A stretch of 64,000 nucleotides of DNA from Pirellulales bacterium (GCA_040901795.1 JBBDYH010000130.1:16881-80880); one strand, 5' to 3'. Shown: positions 46,687 to 56,460, counted from the stretch's first letter. Made by a program: numbers and translations. The notes: generated by a model from the sequence alone, not told the origin.

Positions 46687-48948
46687 ATGAATCTCCGCTT
46701 GTTTTGGATTGTGTTATTCGCCGGCCTCACCAGCGTCGCAGGTTTTACTATGCAACAGACCGCACAACTTGCGGATGCTGACGATGCGCGCGCAGATGTC
46801 CATCCCGTTGCAGTGCAAGCCACAAACGAGGAATTTCTCCGCCAGTACGCCGAAACATATCGCTTCTCGCTAGGCCGGCCTCGAAGCGCGACGGTCACGC
46901 CCGATGGAAGTGCGGTACTCTTTCTGCGCTCGCAGCCGCGGTCGTTCGTGCAGAATCTGTACGAATTCGATTGCCGAACCCGGAAGGAGCGCGTGCTGTT
47001 GACCGCCGAGCAAGTCCTGGGCGGCGGCGAGGAGACCCTTTCGGAGGAAGAGAAGGCGCGGCGCGAACGGCAGCGACTGGCGGCTCGGGGCATCGCGAGC
47101 TTTGACCTCTCGAAGGACGGCAGCAAGATTCTCGTGCCGTTGTCGGGCAAGCTGTTCGTCGTGGAACGAACGAGCGGCAAGAGCCGCGAGATCAAGTCGA
47201 GTTCATCCGCCTTTCCGATCGACCCGACGTTTTCTCCCGACGCTTCGCTGCTCGCCTGCGTTCGCGACGGCGAAGTGTTTGTCACCGATCTGGAGTCGGG
47301 CAGCGAGCGAAAGATCACCCGCGGCGCCGGCGGCGCCATCTCAAACGGCACGGCGGAGTTCGTGGCTCAGGAAGAAATGAGCCGCCACCACGGGTACTGG
47401 TGGTCGCCCGACAATAAACTCTTCGCGTATCAGCAGACGGACACAGTGGGCGTCGAAACGTTTCACATCGCCGACCCAGCCAAACCCGAGAGCGAGCCGA
47501 GCGAGTGGCCATACCCTCGTCCAGGAAAGAAAAACGCCGACGTCAAACTTGGAATCGTTCCAGTGGCGGGCGGTGATACCGTGTGGGTGACGTGGGACCG
47601 CGAAAAATACCCGTACCTGGCGACGGTGACCTGGGAAGAGAACGCGCCGCTGACGATCGTTGTGCAGAGCCGCCAGCAAACAGACGAGATCGTCTACAGC
47701 GTCGACCATAAGACCGGCGCGACGACCGAGCTGTTAAATGAGTACGACATTGCATGGATCAACCTTCAGCAGTCTTGCCCATGTTGGCTCAAAGACGGCA
47801 GCGGGTTTCTTTGGCTAACCGAGCGCAGCGGCGAATGGTCGCTCGAACTGCGGTCGCGCGATGGCAAACAGGTGAGGACGATCACGCCCTCTGGCCTGGG
47901 ACTGTTGGACCTCGCCGGACTGGATGACGATCGCGGCATTGTCTATTTCGGCGCTGCCAGCGACCCGACGCAGGTGCATCTCTACAGCGTGCCGCTCGCC
48001 GGCGGCAAACCGCAGCGGCTGACGACCGAACCGGGGATGCATGGCTACAGCTTCGGTGAAAAGGCGGACGTTTATCTTCACGGTTACAGCCTGGCCGACG
48101 GCCGCACGGGACTGCGTGTCGAGCGTTCGGGCGGAGAATCCATCGGCGAGCTCAAGAGCGTTGCCGAGGAGCCGCCGTTTTTGCCAACGGTCGAGTTAGT
48201 GACGGTTGGAGATGACAACTTTCGAGGCGTCATCGTGCGCCCTCGGTCGTTCGATCGCTCGAAGTCGTATCCGGTCGTGGTTGAGGTCTACGGAGGACCG
48301 CAGGCGAACACGGTCAATGCGGCATCGCGCGGTTACTTGCTCGATCAGTGGCTGGCGGACCAGGGATTCATCGTCGTCTCGATTGATGGTCGCGGCACGC
48401 CGCGGCGGAGCCGCGAGTGGGAGCGTACAATCAAGGGTAATCTGATTGATGTTCCTTTAGAGGATCAGGTCCGCGGTTTGAAATCACTCGGCAAAAAGTT
48501 TCCGGAGATGGATCTGTCGCGCGTAGGAATCGGCGGTTGGTCGTTTGGCGGATATTTCTCGGCGATGGCCGTGATGCGGCGGCCCGACGTGTACAAAGCC
48601 GGCGTGGCGGGTGCGCCCGTGTGCTCGTGGGAGGACTACGACACGCATTACACCGAGCGCTACCTCGGCCTGCCGGCGGCGAATCAGTTCGGTTATGAAT
48701 CCTCAAATGTGCTCACGTACTGCAAGGACCTCTCCGTGCCGCTGTTGATCGTCCACGGCACGTCGGACGACAACGTGTATTTCATGCATTCGTTGAAGAT
48801 GACCGAAGCGCTCTTCCGCGCCGGAAAAGAATTCGAGTTTCTGCCGCTGGCCGGCTTTACGCACATGGTGCCCGATCCCGAAGTGACGGTGCGGCTTCAT
48901 TCGCGGATCGCTGCGTTTTTCAAGCAGCACCTGGGCGAGCCGCGGTGA
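46687..48948 (+). CDS. S9 family peptidase (DPP-IV-like N-terminal beta-propeller plus prolyl-oligopeptidase catalytic domain)
   Basis: ORF 46558..48948; ATG 46687 gives the signal peptide MNLRLFWIVLFAGLTSVAG. FSPDASLLA, YWWSPDNK, GIGGWSFGGYFS (GxSxGG), HGTSDDNV. Confidence 0.9.
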   Translation: MNLRLFWIVLFAGLTSVAGFTMQQTAQLADADDARADVHPVAVQATNEEFLRQYAETYRFSLGRPRSATVTPDGSAVLFLRSQPRSFVQNLYEFDCRTRKERVLLTAEQVLGGGEETLSEEEKARRERQRLAARGIASFDLSKDGSKILVPLSGKLFVVERTSGKSREIKSSSSAFPIDPTFSPDASLLACVRDGEVFVTDLESGSERKITRGAGGAISNGTAEFVAQEEMSRHHGYWWSPDNKLFAYQQTDTVGVETFHIADPAKPESEPSEWPYPRPGKKNADVKLGIVPVAGGDTVWVTWDREKYPYLATVTWEENAPLTIVVQSRQQTDEIVYSVDHKTGATTELLNEYDIAWINLQQSCPCWLKDGSGFLWLTERSGEWSLELRSRDGKQVRTITPSGLGLLDLAGLDDDRGIVYFGAASDPTQVHLYSVPLAGGKPQRLTTEPGMHGYSFGEKADVYLHGYSLADGRTGLRVERSGGESIGELKSVAEEPPFLPTVELVTVGDDNFRGVIVRPRSFDRSKSYPVVVEVYGGPQANTVNAASRGYLLDQWLADQGFIVVSIDGRGTPRRSREWERTIKGNLIDVPLEDQVRGLKSLGKKFPEMDLSRVGIGGWSFGGYFSAMAVMRRPDVYKAGVAGAPVCSWEDYDTHYTERYLGLPAANQFGYESSNVLTYCKDLSVPLLIVHGTSDDNVYFMHSLKMTEALFRAGKEFEFLPLAGFTHMVPDPEVTVRLHSRIAAFFKQHLGEPR

Positions 48949-49000
48949 GGGGGACAGACTGGGAGACTGGGAGACAAGGAGACTGGGAGACTGGGAGACT
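48949..49000 (+). repeat. G-rich octamer array, copy R2
   Basis: GGGGGACAGACTGGGAGACTGGGAGACAAGGAGACTGGGAGACTGGGAGACT, immediately after the S9 peptidase stop. Confidence 0.95.
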
Positions 49001-49001
49001 T

Positions 49002-49067
49002 GAACGCAACGATGAACGATGAAGGATCAATGATGTACATCGTTCATCGTTCACCATTCATCGTTTC
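49002..49067. repeat. GATGAAC-heptamer palindrome (same architecture as family E, different unit)
   Basis: AACGATGAACGATG (49008-49021) pairs perfectly with CATCGTTCATCGTT (49038-49051) across a 16-nt loop. An extra CATTCATCGTT unit follows. It overlaps the EEP gene's last codons. Confidence 0.9.
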
Positions 49068-50027
49068 TGTAACGGTGATCTCCGCCATCACCGGTAAGTG
49101 GTCGCTGGGAAAGCGGCCATCCCAATGGTCGGCCAGAATCACGTGTTGCTCAATCGTGATCGGTCCGCGGAAGAAGATATGATCGATTTTTCGCCCAGGC
49201 ACAAGCGCCTTGAATCCGTTCCAGGTTGTTGTCGGGCCGTGGTGTGGATGTCGCGTATGCAGCATCGCGTCGGCCAGCGCCCCTGGTGCCGGAACCGCCT
49301 CTTTTGGCGGAATGGGCGCCTTCTCTGTTTTGACATTGGCGCCCTCGGTGGCCGGCGGCGGCGGTTCCTTGCCAATGAGCCATTGATACGGCGGCGAGCC
49401 CGGTAGGCAGTTGAAGTCGCCAATGACAACGACCGGATGATCGCCGGCGATTTCAGCAACCTTCGCTCGCAGGAGCTTGGCGCTCTCGAGGCGCGCGAGG
49501 AGGCCCATGTGATCGAAGTGAGTGTTGAAGACGATGAATTCCATTTTCTCGCCTTCGCTTCCTGCGCGAGGGCGAAATCTGGCCCACGTCGCGATGCGCG
49601 GCAGTGCCGCATCCCAACCGCGGCTACCCGCCTGGTCGGGAGTTGGAGAGAGCCAAAACGTCTTTTGATCCAGCAGCTCCAGGCGGTCTCGGCGGTAGAA
49701 GATCGGCGTGAATTCGCCAGCGTCTTTGCCGTCCTGCCGGCCGACACCGAACCATTCGTACTTAGGCAACCGCTTCGCCAAATCGTCGATCTGATTTCGC
49801 TGCGCCTCTTGCATGCCGACGATGTCAGCGTCGTAGAGGCGGACCATGCTGGCCACCTTGTCCTTGCGGTTGACCCAAATGTCTTCGCCGTCTTGCGGGT
49901 TGTCGTAGCGGATGTTGAACGTCATCACGCGCAACGGCTCGGCTTCAGCGGCTGTAGCCTGAGTCGATATGCTGACGAGGATCGCCGCGAGTGCGGCCAA
50001 GACGCGGACCAAGGGATGAACATGCAT
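49044..50027 (-). CDS. endonuclease/exonuclease/phosphatase (EEP) family hydrolase, secreted
   Basis: ORF 49044..50141; ATG 50027 (MHVHPLVRVLAALAAILV signal peptide). LRVMTFNIRYDN, DIVGMQEA, VIGDFN, SDHLPV. Confidence 0.85.
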   Translation of the reverse strand: MHVHPLVRVLAALAAILVSISTQATAAEAEPLRVMTFNIRYDNPQDGEDIWVNRKDKVASMVRLYDADIVGMQEAQRNQIDDLAKRLPKYEWFGVGRQDGKDAGEFTPIFYRRDRLELLDQKTFWLSPTPDQAGSRGWDAALPRIATWARFRPRAGSEGEKMEFIVFNTHFDHMGLLARLESAKLLRAKVAEIAGDHPVVVIGDFNCLPGSPPYQWLIGKEPPPPATEGANVKTEKAPIPPKEAVPAPGALADAMLHTRHPHHGPTTTWNGFKALVPGRKIDHIFFRGPITIEQHVILADHWDGRFPSDHLPVMAEITVTETMNGER

Positions 50028-50193
50028 TTGTGACTTCTCCGTCGTGTCGCTGGCGTATTTATGTAGCAGGCGCACTCCGTGTGCCGTTCCGTCCGCCGCG
50101 GCGGACGGTCTACGATGGCCGACCTTGTGAATCCCCTGCAAAACCCTTACCTTAGTTGCTTACTTTCGCGGGAACAAGCGTATCCTTTTTGCT

Positions 50194-51336
50194 ATGAGCA
50201 TTCGTCCGTCCACGGCGCCAATTCGAGTGGCCATCATCGGCGCCGGCAAGGTCAGCGACTACCACCATGTGCCGGCCATCCGGCTCGACCGGCGTGCCAC
50301 GCTCGTCGCCGCTTGCGACGCCGATCAGCGGCTGCTCGACCAGCGGCGCACCGACTGGCAGATCGACAAGTTGACAACCGACTTCCAGGCGATTTGTCGG
50401 GATCCTGAGATTGACGCGGTCGTCATTGCCACACCGAACTTCACGCATAAAGCTATCGCACTTGCCGCCGCCACAGCCGGGAAGCACATCATGTGCGAGA
50501 AACCGCTGGGGCTCAACGCGGGCGAAGTCCGCCAGATGTACGAGGGGGCGCGCGACCACGGCGTCGTACATATGACGGCGTTCACGTATCGCTTCGCACC
50601 TTCGATGCGATACTTGCGGCACTTGCTCAAGAGCGGCGCGCTGGGTGAACCACGGCACTTTCGCAGTCAGCGGTTTTTGGATTGGCCCGAGACGAGCTGG
50701 GCCTGGCGCCAATACCAGAAGCTGGCCGGCGCGGGTGACTTGTTCGACATGACCATCCACCGCATCGACTTTGCGATCGATTTGCTCGGTCCGCTCAAGT
50801 CGGTTTGCGGCGCGGTCGCACGGTTTTGCGCGCGCACGCAAACAGCCGACGGCCAATCCTGCGAGCCATCGGACGTCGATGACTGGTCCGGACTGATCGG
50901 CGAGTTCGAGAACGGCGCAACGGGTGTCTGGGAAGGCACGACGCTGGCCAAGGGATATCATCGCAACGGCTTTGGCCACGAATGGGCGGAGGTCAACGGC
51001 TCGGAGGGTTCGGCAGTGTATCGGTTGCACGAACCGAATGCGATTTTGCTGGGCAAAACTGGCGAGGATCTTCATCCCGTTCCCGTGCCGCCCGAGTTCC
51101 TCGCGCCGGCCGGCAGCCCGCGCGATCCAAATCAGGGCGAACCGGCCACGGTGTTCCGCTATGATTTGATGTGGGAGTTCGTTTCGGCAATCGTCGAACG
51201 GCGCGACGCGGCGCCGAGTTTTTACGACGGGCTCAACGCCCAACTCGTGGCCGATGCAGTGTTGCAGTCGCACGCCGAGCGGCGGTGGATCGACATGAAG
51301 AAAATGGGGATTGAGGGAATGGGGAATGGGGAATGA
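50194..51336 (+). CDS. Gfo/Idh/MocA family oxidoreductase
   Basis: IRVAIIGAGKVSDYHH Rossmann start, VVIATPNFTHKAIALAAATAGKHIMCEKP. The last ~11 codons (KMGIEGMGNGE) lie inside a GGGGAATG repeat arm. Confidence 0.85.
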   Translation: MSIRPSTAPIRVAIIGAGKVSDYHHVPAIRLDRRATLVAACDADQRLLDQRRTDWQIDKLTTDFQAICRDPEIDAVVIATPNFTHKAIALAAATAGKHIMCEKPLGLNAGEVRQMYEGARDHGVVHMTAFTYRFAPSMRYLRHLLKSGALGEPRHFRSQRFLDWPETSWAWRQYQKLAGAGDLFDMTIHRIDFAIDLLGPLKSVCGAVARFCARTQTADGQSCEPSDVDDWSGLIGEFENGATGVWEGTTLAKGYHRNGFGHEWAEVNGSEGSAVYRLHEPNAILLGKTGEDLHPVPVPPEFLAPAGSPRDPNQGEPATVFRYDLMWEFVSAIVERRDAAPSFYDGLNAQLVADAVLQSHAERRWIDMKKMGIEGMGNGE

Positions 51337-51392
51337 AAGAACGTATCCATTGCGACACACCATTCCACATTCCCCATTCGACATTCCCCATT
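51303..51392. repeat. family E, copy 4
   Basis: AATGGGGATTGAGGGAATGGGGAATGGGGAATG / 25-nt loop / CATTCCACATTCCCCATTCGACATTCCCCATT. The left arm supplies the last codons and the stop of the oxidoreductase ORF. Confidence 0.9.
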
Positions 51393-51443
51393 AGCACCAC
51401 AGTGATCGTGACTTCTTAGCCGACGCACACAAAGTAGATCCTC

Positions 51444-52463
51444 GTGTCCGAACGCGTCATTCAAACTTCGAGCGCACCCATGCGGCGGCTGACCGGCGTG
51501 CAGGTCGTCGGGACGGGGAGCTACGTACCGGACAACGTCGTGCGCAACGAGGACCTGGCCGCACTCGGCTGCGATCCCCAGTGGATCATTCAGCGGACGG
51601 GGATCCGCGAGCGTCGCCACGCGCCACCCGAAATGGCCACGAGCGACATGGCGATCGCTGCGGCCGAGCGTGCGATGCAACAGGCGGGGGTCAAAGCGAG
51701 CGATGTCGATCTTGTCGTGGTGGCCACCTTTACGCCCGATTGGCCGGTGCCCGCCACCGCCTGCCAGGTGCAAGCTCGCCTGGGCATCAACGCGCCCGCG
51801 ATGGACATCCAGGCCGCCTGCGCCGGGTTCATCTACGGGTTGATCACCGGTATGCAGTTCGTCGCCACCGGCTGCAGCCGGCTGGCCCTGGTGATCGGGT
51901 CGGACACCAACTCGCGCGTGATCGATCCGGACGACAAAAAGATCTACCCGCTTTTTGGCGACGGAGCGGGGGCGGTGGTGCTCACTGCGGGTTCGCCGGA
52001 ACAAGGCATGATGGCGTACACCATGGGCTCGGAGGGATCGGGCGCGGATCTGCTGTATACACCGATGGGCGGCTCGCGGATGCGGCCATGTGCGTCCGGT
52101 TTCGAGGCGAAGCAGCACTATCTGAAGATGGACGGTCGGCCGGTTTTCAAATGGGCAGTGCGGCTGCTGACTCAAACGATTCGGGAAGTTCTCGACGCGG
52201 CGAACCTCTCGCTCGACGACGTCGCGCTGGTCGTGCTGCACCAGGCGAATGTGCGGATCATCGATGCGGCGGTCGAGGAGCTTGGCTTGCCGCGCGACAA
52301 GGTGCTGATGCAGATCGAGCGATACGGCAATACCTCAGCCGGCAGCATCCCCCTCGTGCTCGACGAGGCGAACCGCGCCGGACGGCTAAAACGGGGGGAC
52401 GCGGTCTTGATTAGCGGGTTTGGGGCCGGACTGGCTTGGGGAACGGGGGTGTATCGGTGGTGA
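51444..52463 (+). CDS. fabH: beta-ketoacyl-ACP synthase III
   Basis: GTG start. GSYVPDNVVRNEDL, active-site ACAGFIYGL, LHQANVRII, GNTSAGSIPL. Confidence 0.9.
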   Translation: MSERVIQTSSAPMRRLTGVQVVGTGSYVPDNVVRNEDLAALGCDPQWIIQRTGIRERRHAPPEMATSDMAIAAAERAMQQAGVKASDVDLVVVATFTPDWPVPATACQVQARLGINAPAMDIQAACAGFIYGLITGMQFVATGCSRLALVIGSDTNSRVIDPDDKKIYPLFGDGAGAVVLTAGSPEQGMMAYTMGSEGSGADLLYTPMGGSRMRPCASGFEAKQHYLKMDGRPVFKWAVRLLTQTIREVLDAANLSLDDVALVVLHQANVRIIDAAVEELGLPRDKVLMQIERYGNTSAGSIPLVLDEANRAGRLKRGDAVLISGFGAGLAWGTGVYRW

Positions 52464-52494
52464 GTATCCTTCGAAGAGCACTATTTGGTTGTTT

Positions 52495-52532
52495 CCAGAC
52501 AGGGAGACAAGGAGACCGGGAGACAAGGAGAG
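52495..52532 (+). repeat. G-rich octamer array, copy R3
   Basis: CCAGACAGGGAGACAAGGAGACCGGGAGACAAGGAGAG, 32 nt after the fabH stop. Confidence 0.9.
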
Positions 52533-52541
52533 ATTCGAGCT

Positions 52542-52778
52542 ATGAATGGATACTCTGCGGTGCTGGCCGCCGCACAGCAGCTGCCGGATGAGGATCGTCT
52601 TCGATTAATTGATGCGCTGTGGGCTACTCTGCCGCCGGAAGCGACAGTTGCGATCTCTGAGGAATGGGGTCTGGAGATCGAGCGACGCGTCGCTGAACTC
52701 GATGCCGGCATCGCTGAAACGGTACCGTGGTCGAAGATTCACGCCGTCGCATTGGGGAAGATCGACCGTAACTTATGA
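52542..52778 (+). CDS. addiction-module antitoxin-like component (TIGR02574-like), no partner toxin
   Basis: ATG 52542. LPDEDRLRLIDALWATL...EEWGLEIERRVAELDAGIAETVPWSKI. Its stop overlaps the pepF start (ATGA). Confidence 0.65.
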   Translation: MNGYSAVLAAAQQLPDEDRLRLIDALWATLPPEATVAISEEWGLEIERRVAELDAGIAETVPWSKIHAVALGKIDRNL

Positions 52779-54568
52779 AAACCCTTCCCCCTCGCAACAA
52801 AGTCAAACCCGCCGACTGCTGGGATCTCGCGTCGCTGTTCAAAAGCGACGACGAGTGGGAGCAGGCATTCAAACAGTGGGAAAGCGACATTCCGGGCTAT
52901 ACATCGTTTGCCGGCACGCTTGGCAAAAGCGCCGAGCGGCTGGCGGAGCTGTTCGAGTTCGACATTGCCGTTGACCGGGCCGGTGACCGGCTGTCGACGT
53001 ATGCATTTCTGAAGACGGCAGAAGACGTCAGCGACAGCAAGTATCAGGACATGATGGGCCGCTATCGGCATGCGGCCACGCGGGCGGGCGAATTGGCGAG
53101 CTTCATCCGGCCGGAGATCCTGGCGATTGCCACGGCCAAGATGAAGCGTTTTCTCGCCGACGAGGCCCTGGCGCCGCATCGCATCACGCTCGAGAGGATT
53201 CTACGTTATAAGCAGCACACGCTTAGCCCCGCCGAAGAGAAGCTGCTGGCGATGCAGGGGCAGATGGCCGAGACGTCGAATCATGTCTTCCGGCAGCTCA
53301 ATGACAGCGATCTCAAGTTCGGCTTCATCAAGGACGAGAAAGGCAAGAAAGCCGAGTTGAGCACGGCGACGTTTTCCGTGTTTCTCCATTCACCGAAACG
53401 GTCGGTGCGGAAGGACGCCTTCCACCAGTTCTATGAGGAGTATAGCGCTCACGAAAACACGCTGGCGGCCGCGCTCGCCGGCTCAATCCACCGCGATGTC
53501 TATTACGCCAAGGCGCGCAACTACCAGAGCGCTCGTGCCGGCGCCTTGTTCGCCGACAACATGCCCTTGTCGGTGTACGACAACCTGATCGCCTCGGTCC
53601 ACCGGCGCTTGCCCGGCCTGTATCGTTATTACGATGTGCGGCGGCGGAAGATGAAGCTCAAAGAGATCCACCACTATGACACGTATGTGCCGATCCTGAG
53701 CGAGTTGGAGACTCGCCACACCTGGCAGCGGGCCGTGAAACTCGTGGTCGACGCTTTGGAGCCGCTGGGCAACGACTACTGCGGCGTGTTGGAGCAAGGC
53801 CTCGACAATGGCTGGTGCGACCGCTATCCGAACAAGGGCAAGCAGAGCGGCGCTTTCTCCAGCGGCATGTACGACAGCCAGCCGTACATCCTGATGAATT
53901 ATCAACCCGACGTGCTCGACCACGTGTTTACATTGGCGCACGAGGCTGGGCACTCGATGCACACGCATTACTCGGCCAAGAGTCAGCCGTACCAGTACTA
54001 TCATTACACGATCTTTGTGGCGGAGGTGGCCAGCACGTTTAACGAGCAGCTCCTGAGCCGGCACATGCGCCAGCGTGCTGGGAGCGACGAGGAGCGGGCC
54101 TATCTCATCAACCGCGACATCGACGCCATCCGAGGCACGATCTTTCGCCAGACGATGTTCGCCGAGTTCGAAAAGATCACGCACGAGTTGGCCGAAGCGG
54201 GCGAGGCGTTGACTGTGGCGAAGTTCAAGACCATCTATCGAGAGTTGCTCAACCAATACTTCGGGCCCGACTTTGCCATTGATGAGCAGCTTGCGCTGGA
54301 GTGCTTTCGCATCCCGCACTTCTATCGGGCGTTTTATGTCTATAAGTACGCCACGGGGCTTTCGGCAGCCATCGCGCTTTCCGAGCGCGTGACCAGCGGC
54401 GGCCAACGTGAGTTGGAAGACTATTTGAACTTCCTCCGCGGTGGGTGCAGCAAGTGGCCGCTCGACCTATTGCGCGATGCGGGCGTGGACATGGAGAAGC
54501 CTGAGCCGGTAGGTACCGCGCTAGCGCACTTCGATCGGCTGGTGGAGGAGCTGGACGAGCTAGTGTAG
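52775..54568 (+). CDS. pepF: oligoendopeptidase F (M3B)
   Basis: 597 aa. Zn motif FTLAHEAGHSMH, EVASTFNE, FYVYKYATG. Confidence 0.9.
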   Translation: MKTLPPRNKVKPADCWDLASLFKSDDEWEQAFKQWESDIPGYTSFAGTLGKSAERLAELFEFDIAVDRAGDRLSTYAFLKTAEDVSDSKYQDMMGRYRHAATRAGELASFIRPEILAIATAKMKRFLADEALAPHRITLERILRYKQHTLSPAEEKLLAMQGQMAETSNHVFRQLNDSDLKFGFIKDEKGKKAELSTATFSVFLHSPKRSVRKDAFHQFYEEYSAHENTLAAALAGSIHRDVYYAKARNYQSARAGALFADNMPLSVYDNLIASVHRRLPGLYRYYDVRRRKMKLKEIHHYDTYVPILSELETRHTWQRAVKLVVDALEPLGNDYCGVLEQGLDNGWCDRYPNKGKQSGAFSSGMYDSQPYILMNYQPDVLDHVFTLAHEAGHSMHTHYSAKSQPYQYYHYTIFVAEVASTFNEQLLSRHMRQRAGSDEERAYLINRDIDAIRGTIFRQTMFAEFEKITHELAEAGEALTVAKFKTIYRELLNQYFGPDFAIDEQLALECFRIPHFYRAFYVYKYATGLSAAIALSERVTSGGQRELEDYLNFLRGGCSKWPLDLLRDAGVDMEKPEPVGTALAHFDRLVEELDELV

Positions 54569-54617
54569 TCCTCTCGCTCCGCGAGAGGATCATCACGCGG
54601 AGCGTGATGACTACACT
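54563..54617. repeat. three-helix structured element, copy 2
   Basis: GTGTAGTC-CTCTCGC-TCC-GCGAGAG-GATC-ATCACGC-GGA-GCGTGAT-GACTACAC; all three helices are perfect. It overlaps the pepF stop codon and lies between convergent genes. Confidence 0.9.
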
Positions 54618-54639
54618 ACCGGCCGCCGCGGCAGGCGGT

Positions 54640-55455
54640 CTACATCGGCAGTGTCGTTCGCACCAGCCGATAACCGCACATCTGAAAGACCCACAACGTG
54701 GCGGCGACGAGGAACCAGTGAACGCTATACGACAGACAAAGCTGCTGGCCTATCTCGTGACCTAACGTATTGGTCAGGAATATCGCAATAAAAGCGGCGA
54801 AGATAATCTGGATCACGAGCCAACGTTGGCACTGCATCCCGACCGCTGCCGTCAGCGTAAAGGCCGAAAGCGGAGCCACGACGACCGCCAGCATGGCGAA
54901 AACGCCGGCATCGCCGCGGACCGCCGTGGGCGGTTCCATCCTCAGTACCCAGGAAACGGCAATCGCGACCGCGAGCGCAGCGCCGAACAAATCGAGAATC
55001 GTAAACTGTCGTCGCGATCGCTCGGTTTCTTCGGTGGGCTCGTTGCGGGCAAGATTCTCGATCCTCTTGCCGCGGAAGCGCAGAAAGCCAACCACTGCGG
55101 CCGTTGTCAATCCATGCGCGACGTACGCTGCCAGTACCACCCCCATGACGTCGTTAAAGTTGTGCATGTAAAGCACCAGACCCAAGCCGCTAAGCCCGCA
55201 CAGCGACCAGGGGAATCGCCGAATCCAACGGCTGCTTCCGAGCACCAGCCAGATTACAATTAAGTCGGCCTGTGCAAGTAAGACGGCCGCATCGCGCACG
55301 ACGGCAAAGTCGTGTTTCGACGATCGCGAGTTGACTCCGACCACGTCGGCCACACAGAAATGTGCGATGACCGCCAGCCAAGCCACCGCGGGCGGCCAAT
55401 AGGCGCTTTGCCGCTGTTCGATTGATGTTGCCGTGTTTAAGGCGATGCCAGGCAT
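54640..55455 (-). CDS. hypothetical polytopic membrane protein
   Basis: 271 aa, multiple TM helices. The central RRQFTILDLFGAAL motif is shared with its neighbour (tandem paralogue). Confidence 0.55.
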   Translation of the reverse strand: MPGIALNTATSIEQRQSAYWPPAVAWLAVIAHFCVADVVGVNSRSSKHDFAVVRDAAVLLAQADLIVIWLVLGSSRWIRRFPWSLCGLSGLGLVLYMHNFNDVMGVVLAAYVAHGLTTAAVVGFLRFRGKRIENLARNEPTEETERSRRQFTILDLFGAALAVAIAVSWVLRMEPPTAVRGDAGVFAMLAVVVAPLSAFTLTAAVGMQCQRWLVIQIIFAAFIAIFLTNTLGHEIGQQLCLSYSVHWFLVAATLWVFQMCGYRLVRTTLPM

Positions 55456-55486
55456 GTAGTGAGTAAATCGCTAAGCACGGTGAAAT

Positions 55487-56290
55487 TCAATGAACGAGCC
55501 AACCGCCAGCGGTTTTGTGAACAAGGCGCATGCCGGCGCGTCGATAAATGGCCAGCAGTCCGGCTAGAGTTACACTATAAACCACGCCGACCAGCGGCAC
55601 GCCGGCAATGCTCCAGCGAAACAGTTGCTGCGTACCCAATGCTGCGATCAAAAGAGCGGTGGTCGGCAGCAGCAGCAAGCGCAGCCAGACCGCCCCCGGC
55701 CGCAACATGGCCCAGAGAGTGGCAATGGCGACCGCCGAAACGGCCATCGCCGCGAGCAAAGAGTGCATGCGAGGCACTAACGAGGCCGTGTGAAACAGAC
55801 TCAGCGTGGCGGCCGCCAGAGTCGTCCACCAGAAGAGCTGGCTTAGGGTAAATCGCGTCGACACGGCGTACTTCTTCTCCGCCGCGGTGTCGTACGGGAC
55901 CACGCGAAGTCCGATGAGGTGCATGATCGCCAGAGGCAATGACGCCGTCAGCACGGCTTCCGCCAAATAGCTTAGCGGCAACACGCCTGGCGAGGATGGA
56001 GCGAGCAGCATCGAAACGACAACCAGCGCGCCCAGCGCGACCAGGCACCAATATAGCGACGCGGCCATCAGACACAGCCAGATGGCCAGCATGCTGAGCT
56101 GCGCTCCGAGGATTCCGATCGCGACGTAGCGGAGTAGCTCACCCGCGGCGCGATCGCTGATGAACATCGAGAGAAGAGGGCGCAGGTATCCGCCCAGCGG
56201 AATCATCAAAAAATCGATCGCCACGCAGGCGATGATCGCCAGGAAACCAGGCGAGTTGCGATATGCTGTGCGTGCGGTTGCCGGTTGCAT
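55487..56290 (-). CDS. hypothetical polytopic membrane protein (paralogue of 54640..55455)
   Basis: 267 aa, with STRFTLSQLFWWTTL in the equivalent position. Confidence 0.55.
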   Translation of the reverse strand: MQPATARTAYRNSPGFLAIIACVAIDFLMIPLGGYLRPLLSMFISDRAAGELLRYVAIGILGAQLSMLAIWLCLMAASLYWCLVALGALVVVSMLLAPSSPGVLPLSYLAEAVLTASLPLAIMHLIGLRVVPYDTAAEKKYAVSTRFTLSQLFWWTTLAAATLSLFHTASLVPRMHSLLAAMAVSAVAIATLWAMLRPGAVWLRLLLLPTTALLIAALGTQQLFRWSIAGVPLVGVVYSVTLAGLLAIYRRAGMRLVHKTAGGWLVH

Positions 56291-56460
56291 GATGATCTCT
56301 AGCGCCTTGAGTTCTCTATCTTATCACGCGGTCGACGCTGCTGGCCGCGCCTTTTCCGCGTTGCAACGATTCGGCCGGCAAGCGAAGATGGGATCATCGT
56401 ACTGGGCAGGCCGGGCTTCGAAATTTTGTCCCCTCTCCCCTGACGCCTAACGCCTCATTC

